DNA of 52,341 nt from a virus (lineage: Duplodnaviria; Caudoviricetes): positions 1-52,341 of IMG/VR virus record IMGVR_UViG_3300032277_000006; one strand, written 5' to 3'. Each line of letters opens with the position of its first letter. Position 1 is the stretch's first letter. This document shows positions 45,118 to 52,341 of this stretch, piece by piece. Position numbers and translations under genes: made by a program. The notes beneath the pieces were generated by a model, which ran no database searches, was not told the DNA's origin, and saw only the letters and a program-made list of their open reading frames with translations.

Positions 45118-45888
45118 ATGCACAGAATCAAAGCTGATTCCCTGGCGGTTGCGATGCACGACCTGCACCGCCTTTTCGAAACCTATGGGATTGACAACGA
45201 AGACCGCGTGGAACTGAAGGACGTCTGCACGATCACAGTCACGGTACCGCGTTTTGTGGTGCACCCTTGGAAGGCCTTCCAGGTCAACCCCTTCCAGGTC
45301 TTCTTTTCGGGTCTCGCTCGGTTCCTGTCGTACAGCTACGACCACCTTCGGAACTTGGGTCTGGAGCAGACACGCGAGGACAACGTTCCGCTATCGATCG
45401 TCACGTCGACGCAAGATGGCCTCCTGGATCTCACTGCCTTGATCTCCGGAACGCACGCGCTGAGTTCCGTGCTGCAGGGTGATTACTGCCATTTGCTCCG
45501 GGAAATGGAGCAGCAGGCATTCGAGAAAGGGGTCGAGCTGGGGGACATGACGCTGTGCCTCCATCGCGCATCGATCAGCTACGAGGAGTGCTCAAGGCTG
45601 AGGGACACGCAAGGTACCTTCCCGCGTTTCCCGTACGCCAGCGACGCTGCAGTTCCGCTCTACGGAAATACCGCGGACAACACCCGCGAAGATCTCAACG
45701 TGCTGCTATGCAACGGGTCGGGCGGGTACCTACCATCGACGCGGTTCGCGCGGCGCGTGGCATATCCCTTGCTTCGAGCCTGGGAACAGTACCAGTACGA
45801 CGAAGATACGTCGAGCGCGCTCGAGACCCTCTCTCGCTGCGAGGACGCCGCATGGCGCGAAGTTTGCGCGGAGTGGCTGAACCGATGA
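45118..45888 (+). CDS. degenerate thymidylate synthase / dUMP hydroxymethylase homologue
   Basis: Retains NPF, DGLLDL, GVELG and the C-terminal F.RRVA.P...W...C.EW..R pattern of phage dUMP hydroxymethylases, but lacks the PC and RSND catalytic motifs. Confidence 0.55.
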   Translation: MHRIKADSLAVAMHDLHRLFETYGIDNEDRVELKDVCTITVTVPRFVVHPWKAFQVNPFQVFFSGLARFLSYSYDHLRNLGLEQTREDNVPLSIVTSTQDGLLDLTALISGTHALSSVLQGDYCHLLREMEQQAFEKGVELGDMTLCLHRASISYEECSRLRDTQGTFPRFPYASDAAVPLYGNTADNTREDLNVLLCNGSGGYLPSTRFARRVAYPLLRAWEQYQYDEDTSSALETLSRCEDAAWREVCAEWLNR

Positions 45889-46409
45889 ACGCCAAGCGAA
45901 TCATGCGCATGCGCGAGGGCGGGCACGTTCAGCGGTGCCACTGCATGCCGCACCACGGCACCTACGACGTGGCGCAGCACACGTTCCACATGCTGATTCT
46001 CATGGAGGAGCTGCACCCGAACCCGTCGAGGGAACTCTACTCCCTGATCCTACGCCATGATCTCATGGAGCGCTGGACGGGCGACTCCCCCGCCACGGCC
46101 AAGCGCTGGATGCCCGGGCTCAAGATTGCGCTCACGGGCGCAGAGGAAGAGCTGGAGAAGCGCACAGGCATCGAGGCCTACCTCGGCGACCACATCACGG
46201 AGTCGGACCGTCGATGGCTCAAGGCGCTCGATCAGGTAGAGTTCATTTTGTGGTGCGAGGACCAAATCGCCCTGGGCAACCTCAACGTTCTGTGGAACCG
46301 CGCGGAAATGGATAGATGGATTGAGGAAGACGCCGACAGTATCCCCGCGCCCGTCCTCGAGTTTCTGGAAAGCTTCGAATGGAAAAGAACACCCGACGAC
46401 CTGTCCTGA
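45885..46409 (+). CDS. HD-domain nucleotide phosphohydrolase (YfbR-like)
   Basis: V.RCH...VAQH...HDL.E..TGD.P...K...LKALD..E. Confidence 0.8.
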   Translation: MNAKRIMRMREGGHVQRCHCMPHHGTYDVAQHTFHMLILMEELHPNPSRELYSLILRHDLMERWTGDSPATAKRWMPGLKIALTGAEEELEKRTGIEAYLGDHITESDRRWLKALDQVEFILWCEDQIALGNLNVLWNRAEMDRWIEEDADSIPAPVLEFLESFEWKRTPDDLS

Positions 46410-46963
46410 ACAAAGTCGATATGTACCGCCGGTGGATCACGGGCGAGTTCGGCCAGCCGATTCGGTACTGGGCCACCCCTGCGGAGTTCATGATCGACGT
46501 CGGCTTGGGCCGCTGGCCTTTTGACTGCGTCGTGGCGCTGCGCTACAAGAAACCCGGCTACCCGTTCTGCGCGTATGACCTGGAGCCGTGCGACGTGTCC
46601 GCAAAAGTCGAAGAGTTCGTCGACGCGGGCGCGGACCCGAAACTCCTCTGCGTCAACCAGTCTAACAACCCCGACGACTGCCTGGTGATCCAGGGTGAGG
46701 CCTATCGCAGTCACCGCGGGATTGAGCTGCGCTACTCGTACGCCAAGGCTAAGATGCGGATCGCACTGGAGCAGTCTGAACGTAACGCCCACGGATTGAA
46801 GGCGCGGCTGATCCTCAAGGACCGTATGCCTAACGCGGATTTCGAGTGGCTCGAGGAACTGTTTGATCTGTACCCCGACCACGTGGTAGAATTCTCGACA
46901 TGGTCCGTGCCCTTCGGCGCGTGGGGCCGCAACACGGTGTTCTGGGAGGTGCGAAAGTATTGA
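46379..46963 (+). CDS. hypothetical protein, possible ATP-grasp-like fold
   Basis: C-terminal HVVEFS...NTVFWEVR loosely resembles ATP-grasp termini; start uncertain. Confidence 0.45.
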   Translation: MEKNTRRPVLNKVDMYRRWITGEFGQPIRYWATPAEFMIDVGLGRWPFDCVVALRYKKPGYPFCAYDLEPCDVSAKVEEFVDAGADPKLLCVNQSNNPDDCLVIQGEAYRSHRGIELRYSYAKAKMRIALEQSERNAHGLKARLILKDRMPNADFEWLEELFDLYPDHVVEFSTWSVPFGAWGRNTVFWEVRKY

Positions 46964-47046
46964 TGCCATCGGCGCTCGTGGGGATTGGGATTGTGGTGCT
47001 TGTGGCCTGCGTGTTGAACGCTCTGTACTGGAAATTCAAAAGATGA
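46963..47046 (+). CDS. 27-aa membrane peptide
   Basis: TGATG coupling; MPSALVGIGIVVLVACVLNALYWKFKR. Confidence 0.45.
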   Translation: MPSALVGIGIVVLVACVLNALYWKFKR

Positions 47047-47201
47047 CGTCAGCCCTATCAATCCTGTTCTTCGTTCTTTTCTCCCTAATCGTTTTCCGTG
47101 CGGTTCAACACGAAACCCGATGCATAACCTGCAACCAGCCGTGGCGCTGGACCGGCTGGGCCGAAACTTGCAAGGAGTGTGAAGATGCCCCTCGTCGATA
47201 A
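47043..47201 (+). CDS. 52-aa membrane-anchored CxxC/CxxC protein
   Basis: ATGA coupling; TM helix followed by CITC...CKEC. Confidence 0.45.
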   Translation: MTSALSILFFVLFSLIVFRAVQHETRCITCNQPWRWTGWAETCKECEDAPRR

Positions 47202-47730
47202 ACAGTCACTGAACCAAATCTACATCACGCCGCCGCGGATCACTGATCCTGTGCGTGAGTACTTCGGCGGAAAGCTTCCGCTCGACGCCGCAACGGAACC
47301 CGACAACCCGCTCGTGGCCGAGGACTTCTACACCGCGCAGCGCTGCGGCCTCGTCAACCCTTGGCGAGATGGCACCTTTCTGAACCCGCCGTATAAGTCG
47401 GCGGAGCTACGGCCGTTCCTCGAGAAGCTGGACATGGAGGCCTCCGCAGACATCCCCCTTGGCAACCGTATCATCGCCCTGCTGCCGAACTCGCGCTCGG
47501 AGCAGCACTACTTCACGTCGAAGACCTACGCCCACCCTCGATGCATCGGCTGGTGTCTCGTGCGGAAGCGTGTGGCGTTCCGGGACAAGGACGGAAAACC
47601 ACAGAAATCAAACCCCCATGCGTCGATCCTATTCGGGTACAATGGCGCGTGGGAGGCCTTCTGTGAAGCCTTCGGCCACCTCGGCCTTTGCATTCGACCA
47701 GGCGAGATGTTTACTGCGGTGACGGAATGA
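47185..47730 (+). CDS. dam: phage DNA N6-adenine methyltransferase (Dam-like)
   Basis: YITPP...LDAA....N...FYT...GL..PW...FLNPPY; AAGGAG RBS. Confidence 0.85.
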   Translation: MPLVDKQSLNQIYITPPRITDPVREYFGGKLPLDAATEPDNPLVAEDFYTAQRCGLVNPWRDGTFLNPPYKSAELRPFLEKLDMEASADIPLGNRIIALLPNSRSEQHYFTSKTYAHPRCIGWCLVRKRVAFRDKDGKPQKSNPHASILFGYNGAWEAFCEAFGHLGLCIRPGEMFTAVTE

Positions 47731-48143
47731 CCGAGAACGAAATCAACTTCAAGATCGCCGAGTTCTTCTACGGCAAAACGCCGAAGCTTCCCGACATCGA
47801 CTGGTGGGCTTACCAGTTCTGGAACTTCGGAGAGATGACGAACGCGCGCAGCACGATCGGTATGCTGCACTGCTGGGTGGAACCCCACGGGCGGGAAGGT
47901 TACTGGGAGGCGATCCCACTCGACCGAGATCCGCGCGCCCTGTTCAACCTCGAAGAGGCGTGCTGGTCGGTAAAGAACTGGAGGATGGATATCACACGTG
48001 TCCGCAGCGGCGCGCACGTGGTATCTGTCATGGAGCACCGCCCCAAGCTGGGCTGCTGGATGATCGTCGGATCGGGCGTTGAGGACTCCATGCACCTCGC
48101 CGCGCGCAACGCGGTCTGGGAGGCTGTGGAGAAGAGGCTTTGA
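47727..48143 (+). CDS. hypothetical protein (NinX/ABA-sandwich-like)
   Basis: ATGA-coupled; EIN.KIAE...G N-terminus. Confidence 0.5.
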   Translation: MTENEINFKIAEFFYGKTPKLPDIDWWAYQFWNFGEMTNARSTIGMLHCWVEPHGREGYWEAIPLDRDPRALFNLEEACWSVKNWRMDITRVRSGAHVVSVMEHRPKLGCWMIVGSGVEDSMHLAARNAVWEAVEKRL

Positions 48144-50131
48144 ACTTCTACCCGCAGAAGGCCTATCTCGAGCTGAGGAACCCGTGGCGTCCACCGAAGA
48201 TGTCAGAGCTGCCTTCGTGGAAGGACGCCAAGCGCGTAGCGATTGATACCGAGACGTGTGATCCGTTCCTGAAGACGCTCGGGCCGTCGGTGAGGCGCGG
48301 CGGGTTCATCGCTGGGATCTCGTTCAAGATCGAGGATCACCCCGACGGAGGCTTTTATCTCCCGATCGCCCACCAGGGCGGGGACAACATGGACCCCTCC
48401 ACGGTCTGGGCATACATGAAGGATCAGGCCCGGGAGTTCACGGGCGAGATTGCCGGGATGAACCTGCCGTACGACCTCGACTATCTGGCCGAGGCCGGTT
48501 GTGTGTTCAAGCGCGCGCGGCGCTTCCTTGACATCGGCGTGGCGGCGCCGCTGATCAACGAGCTGCACCAGTCGTACTCGATGCAGAACATCGCCAAGCG
48601 CCTCGGGATCAAAGGCAAGCGCGAGGATCACCTTCGGCTTGCGGCGAACCTCTGGGGGCTCGACCCCAAGGCGGAGATGTGGCGGCTGCCCGCGCGTTAC
48701 GTGGCCGACTACGCCATCGGTGACGTCGAGCTTCCCTTGCAGGTGTTGCGCCTCCAAGAGCGTGAGTTCGAGAAGCAGGACCTCTGGAAGATCTGGGACC
48801 TTGAGTGCGAGGTGCTGCCGATCACCGTGAAGATGCGGCGGCGAGGATTCCGCATCAACTTCGACAAGCTCGACCAGATCGAGACCTGGTCCCTGGGCAA
48901 GCAGAAAGAGTATCTGGCTCGAGTCAAGCACGCCACGGGTGTCCTGATCACGCCCGACGACGTGTGGAAGGCCGAGGCGATCCAGGACGCGCTTTCCGAA
49001 ATCGGTATCACCCTGCCTCGCACCTCGCAGGACAAACCCGCCACGGGCGCCGACATCCTGAAGGCTTTGCCGCACGACGTCGGGAAGTGGTTGGTACGAG
49101 CGCGCAAGTTCGACAAGATCCGCACGACGTTTGCCGCCTCGGTGCGGGAGCATGCAGTTAACGGACGGATCCACCCGACGCATCGCCAGATCCGCGGGCA
49201 GCAGGATGGCAAGGACAAAGACGACGGCGTGGGATTCGGGCGCATGTCGTGTGTCATGCTGAACGTGCAGCAATGGCCGAGCCCGGATAAGGACAAAGAG
49301 ACCGCGAGCGAGTGGCGGAAGATCGTCATCCCCGAGGAGGGTGGGCTGTGGGCCTGCAACGATTACTCTGGGCAGGAACCGCGCTTGGCCGTGCACTACG
49401 CGCAGTTGGCGGAGTGCGAGGGTGGCATGGAGATGGCGGAGCGCTGGCGCCAGGATCCGGACATGGATCTGCACGGCGCTATGGCGAAGGTGATCAAGGC
49501 GTCAGGTCTGCTGCCGTGGGATTGCAAGAAGTGCGGTGGTGCTGGCTGCCCGAAGTGCAACGGCTGCGGCGCGAACCGGGGTGGAACGAAAGCAATATTT
49601 CTTGGCCTTTGTTATGGGATGGGCGGCGGCAAGCTGTGCCGTGGGCTTGGGTTGCCCACGGTGGAGAAGTCGTTCGAGAAGGATGGGAACGAGATCTTCT
49701 ACGAGGGCGCGGGCGAGGAGGGGCAGCAGGTCCTCGACGGCTTCGACGAAACGGTCCCCTTCGTGCGCCAACTCGCGCGCAAGACGCAGAAGGCCGGAGG
49801 TCGCCGCGGCTACATCCGCACGATCGGTGGGCGCGTGTGTCGCTTCCCGCTGAAGACGCGCCGCGCGGGGCGCAACACCTATGACTGGCTGCACAAGTCG
49901 CTGAACCGATTAATCCAGGGCTCCGCGGGCGACCAGACGAAGCGCGCTATGGTCATGGCCGAGGCTGCTGGGCACAAGATCCAGTTTCCTGTGCATGATG
50001 AGCTGGACCTCACGGTCTCCGGACCCGGGCAAGCGGAAGAAGTTGCGGAAATCATGCGCAATGCGATCCCGCTTCTGGTACCATCAAAAGTGGACGTAGA
50101 GATTGGCCCCAGCTGGGGCGAATGTGAATAG
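48140..50131 (+). CDS. polA: family A DNA polymerase with 3'-5' exonuclease
   Basis: Exo I IDTET, Exo II NLPYD; motif A DYSGQEPR; motif B RGGTKAIFLGLCYG; IQGSAGD; motif C VHDEL. Confidence 0.95.
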   Translation: MNFYPQKAYLELRNPWRPPKMSELPSWKDAKRVAIDTETCDPFLKTLGPSVRRGGFIAGISFKIEDHPDGGFYLPIAHQGGDNMDPSTVWAYMKDQAREFTGEIAGMNLPYDLDYLAEAGCVFKRARRFLDIGVAAPLINELHQSYSMQNIAKRLGIKGKREDHLRLAANLWGLDPKAEMWRLPARYVADYAIGDVELPLQVLRLQEREFEKQDLWKIWDLECEVLPITVKMRRRGFRINFDKLDQIETWSLGKQKEYLARVKHATGVLITPDDVWKAEAIQDALSEIGITLPRTSQDKPATGADILKALPHDVGKWLVRARKFDKIRTTFAASVREHAVNGRIHPTHRQIRGQQDGKDKDDGVGFGRMSCVMLNVQQWPSPDKDKETASEWRKIVIPEEGGLWACNDYSGQEPRLAVHYAQLAECEGGMEMAERWRQDPDMDLHGAMAKVIKASGLLPWDCKKCGGAGCPKCNGCGANRGGTKAIFLGLCYGMGGGKLCRGLGLPTVEKSFEKDGNEIFYEGAGEEGQQVLDGFDETVPFVRQLARKTQKAGGRRGYIRTIGGRVCRFPLKTRRAGRNTYDWLHKSLNRLIQGSAGDQTKRAMVMAEAAGHKIQFPVHDELDLTVSGPGQAEEVAEIMRNAIPLLVPSKVDVEIGPSWGECE

Positions 50132-50146
50132 GTGGGACCGTTCTTC

Positions 50147-50217
50147 GGCGGTGTCGTCTATAGGTTAAGACTCCCTGGTTGTAAGGGGAAAACCTGGTTC
50201 GATTCCGGGCGGTGCCT
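50147..50217 (+). tRNA. tRNA-like element with aberrant anticodon arm (TTG or TGT), enclosed in a 15-bp outer stem
   Basis: D stem GTCT/AGAC, T arm CCTGG-TTCGATT-CCGGG, imperfect acceptor GGCGGTG/CGGTGCC; no CCA. Confidence 0.5.
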
Positions 50218-50235
50218 GGACGGTCCCACCTACTG

Positions 50236-50307
50236 ACGCGCGTGGTGTAAAGGTAGCATTGCTCCGCATAACCTGAGCAGGTGTGGGTTCGAATCCCATC
50301 GCGCGTT
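50236..50307 (+). tRNA. tRNA-Met(CAT)-like element with enlarged anticodon loop
   Basis: Perfect acceptor ACGCGCG/CGCGCGT, D arm GTGT-AAAGGTA-GCAT, T arm GTGGG-TTCGAAT-CCCAT; anticodon arm TGCTC-CGCATAACCT-GAGCA; no CCA. Confidence 0.6.
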
Positions 50308-50327
50308 TGCCTTTTTGGAGAAAAGAG

Positions 50328-50699
50328 ATGAGAGTTGACAACGCACAGTCTCTGAACCTCATTCACGAGTGGATGGTCGAGAACGAAATTGGGTGTCAGG
50401 AAGACATCACCTTGATTTCTCGGTGCCGCACCTGGGGCTCTACAGCTCTCGGTCACGGAGGTCTGGGCGGGAACGCTATGACTACGGCGCTGACGACACT
50501 GCTTACAATTGGAGAAGCCGAATCGATGGAGGCCTACGTCTTTTTCGGTGGTCGTGTAGCCTACCGGGTGGACTACGCGGAAGACAGCAAGTTCTCGGAC
50601 TTTCTGGTGGACGTCGGCGGCTTTGCTTCACACCAAGCTGAAATTACCCTTCGGTCACGCTGGGAAGCCGAGGAGCGATACGGAGCGATTTTGCTATGA
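50328..50699 (+). CDS. hypothetical protein
   Basis: GGAGAAAAGAG-ATG start. Confidence 0.6.
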   Translation: MRVDNAQSLNLIHEWMVENEIGCQEDITLISRCRTWGSTALGHGGLGGNAMTTALTTLLTIGEAESMEAYVFFGGRVAYRVDYAEDSKFSDFLVDVGGFASHQAEITLRSRWEAEERYGAILL

Positions 50700-51298
50700 T
50701 CCCATTCACCAACATCTACGAGTTAATCGGCGCGCTGGTCAGCTGGACGTTCGTCACGGCGATCGTCGCAGGGCTTGCAAGCTGGGCGGTGCTGTACTCC
50801 GTCGAGTACGTGATCAAGTCTTGGGGAGTCGTGTGGAAGGTTTTACGCTTCCTGCACTACGAAGAGGACTTTCGGTCGTGGCGCCGGACGGAACGGCACC
50901 AGTCGACGGCGCACCAGCTCTACGATGACTCGATCACGTCACAAGATCTCTGGGACGACTTCTGGAAAGATCTCATGTCCACGGACGGCGAGATCGACAT
51001 GCAGAAGATCAAGGAAGAACTGCACGCATACTCGGTGCTGCTCGAGCAAGTCCCGGAGGTGTACTTCGACGTGACAGGCGGAATGATCAGCAAACCACAC
51101 ACGCACGGCGTGCATGTGATCGGCGCTGTCGAGCGTAGGATCCAAGAGTCGTACGACGACGGCGGGCGTGAGGGCGACGAAGAATGGCAGGCAGCACTTG
51201 GGGGTGAAACCGATGTGAATCGATGCCCTAAGTGTCTGAGGGTGGATCTGCAACCCTGTATTCACTGTGAGAAAAACGATGACGAAGCTACTGAGTAG
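50696..51298 (+). CDS. membrane-anchored hypothetical protein with C-terminal CxxC/CxxC
   Basis: N-terminal TM; ELHAYS.LL..VPEVY..VTGG.ISKP; CPKC..CIHC. Confidence 0.6.
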   Translation: MIPFTNIYELIGALVSWTFVTAIVAGLASWAVLYSVEYVIKSWGVVWKVLRFLHYEEDFRSWRRTERHQSTAHQLYDDSITSQDLWDDFWKDLMSTDGEIDMQKIKEELHAYSVLLEQVPEVYFDVTGGMISKPHTHGVHVIGAVERRIQESYDDGGREGDEEWQAALGGETDVNRCPKCLRVDLQPCIHCEKNDDEATE

Positions 51299-51473
51299 AG
51301 AGCCTGACGATTGCGACAAGGTGACGCGTGCATGCAATCGGCTGAACTGTGCGATCGAAGAGCTTGTGCCCCGTGTGGCGGCGCTGCGCATGGCGTTGAC
51401 GCTGGCGGGGATCCCCAGCGACCAAGCCGCGGACATGGTCCGGGACTGGGTGACGGAGTTACTGCGGGAATGA
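51279..51473 (+). CDS. hypothetical protein
   Basis: Coupled small ORF. Confidence 0.45.
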   Translation: MTKLLSREPDDCDKVTRACNRLNCAIEELVPRVAALRMALTLAGIPSDQAADMVRDWVTELLRE

Positions 51474-51694
51474 TTCGCGTCTGCGCGTGGTGTCACGAGA
51501 ACTACGAGCGCCTTCGTCCTGGGGATCACTTTTGTGGCCTGGAATGTCGGAACGAATTCGAGTACTTCGGTATCGATGGGACCGCGATGACGCTTGCGCA
51601 GCCTCGCGCCTGTTCATTCAACAACTGCGGACGCTCCTGCGCGGAGGGTCGCACAACCTGCGAGAAACACGATGACCCCAAAAGAGACGGCTAA
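51470..51694 (+). CDS. zinc-finger protein
   Basis: ATGA-coupled; CAWC...FCGLEC and C....C........C..H. Confidence 0.5.
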   Translation: MIRVCAWCHENYERLRPGDHFCGLECRNEFEYFGIDGTAMTLAQPRACSFNNCGRSCAEGRTTCEKHDDPKRDG

Positions 51695-51833
51695 CTACGA
51701 TCAGGCAACTGAAACCATGGCACGTGACTGGGCACCTGCCCAGGGGCGGATCTTCAAGGCCTTGGTCAAAGAGGGCTTCACGCGCGAAGAAGCGCTTCAG
51801 CTGCTTATGAACTTCTGCAACGGTGGGAAGTGA
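51672..51833 (+). CDS. small hypothetical protein
   Basis: FKALVKEGFTREEALQL motif. Confidence 0.5.
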   Translation: MTPKETANYDQATETMARDWAPAQGRIFKALVKEGFTREEALQLLMNFCNGGK

Positions 51834-52258
51834 TGGCCACCCGAGAATCGAACATGAGGCAGCAGGTGGTTCGTATGTTGAAACCTCAGCATGCGTTCGC
51901 CGTCGAGAACCCCGTGTTGCCCGGTACACCCGACGTCAACTGCACCCTGGGCTGGATCGAGCTCAAATCGGTCGACAAGCCGAAGCGGGAAACGTCGAAG
52001 GTGAACTTGGATCACTTCACCGCGCAACAGCGCGTCTTCCTGATGAAGCGGTGGAAAGCCGAACCTGGTTCGGCTTGGCTCCTCGTCAAGTGCGGCGACA
52101 TATGGCTGCTCTACCGCGGCGATGACGCGGCGACGAAGGTAGCCAAAGAGTGGAAGAGCTACGACGACCTGTACTGCAATGCGGAGGTGATCTGGGAAGA
52201 GACGCCGTCCAAGGGCTCACTGGCTTACTACGTGATGAGTTTTCGCGACAATGATTGA
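51830..52258 (+). CDS. PD-(D/E)xK nuclease (VRR-NUC / Holliday junction resolvase-like)
   Basis: ES...EN...PGTPDV...GWIELK...Q..F. Confidence 0.8.
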   Translation: MMATRESNMRQQVVRMLKPQHAFAVENPVLPGTPDVNCTLGWIELKSVDKPKRETSKVNLDHFTAQQRVFLMKRWKAEPGSAWLLVKCGDIWLLYRGDDAATKVAKEWKSYDDLYCNAEVIWEETPSKGSLAYYVMSFRDND

Positions 52259-52341
52259 GGAGATGCTCTCGCCGGGCGAGAAGCTGTACGTTCGTCGTCG
52301 ACGGGGGCAGGAGAGCACGGGGATGGCTGCACGCCGCATGG
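52251..52341 (+). CDS. partial ORF, probable XRE-type HTH protein
   Basis: MIEEMLSPGEKLYVRRRRGQESTGMAARRM runs off the window end. Confidence 0.4.
   Translation, partial: MIEEMLSPGEKLYVRRRRGQESTGMAARRM

Noticed and set aside
45885-50131. Z-genome (2-aminoadenine) system: HD hydrolase as DatZ plus PolA as DpoZ
   Set aside because: No purZ-like gene is in the window, and the HD gene is coupled to a TS-like gene as in hmU-type phages. It cannot be fully excluded without the rest of the genome.
50147-50307. tRNA elements as a prophage attachment site or host boundary
   Set aside because: Phage-type genes continue on both sides, and no integrase or duplicated att core is visible.

Overview
The window is most of a high-GC, long-tailed (siphovirus-like) phage genome. 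Its gene set and order resemble YuA/M6-type phages, judged from recalled motifs with no search run. Left to right: (1) 1-8.1 kb is an accessory region of small ORFs. It holds a translationally coupled run of small membrane proteins and seven copies of an identical 32-bp element. Each copy reads on the minus strand as a sigma70-like promoter plus leader driving a cassette of 1-6 small genes, including an unannotated ribbon-helix-helix protein. (2) 8.4-37.6 kb covers packaging and morphogenesis: terminase, portal, SPFH and phospholipase-A2-like genes, head morphogenesis protein, scaffold, major capsid, four domain-shuffled paralogous fibre/decoration genes, connectors, tail tube, frameshifted tail chaperone, tape measure, and a tail tip with two LamG domains. 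(3) 37.6-52.3 kb covers DNA metabolism: metallophosphoesterase, SNF2 and Dda-like helicases, an apparently inactivated thymidylate-synthase/dUMP-hydroxymethylase homologue, HD hydrolase, phage Dam methylase, PolA with a Cys-rich insert, two tRNA-like elements with abnormal anticodon arms, and a PD-(D/E)xK nuclease. No integrase, CRISPR array, reverse transcriptase, recognisable endolysin or small terminase is visible.
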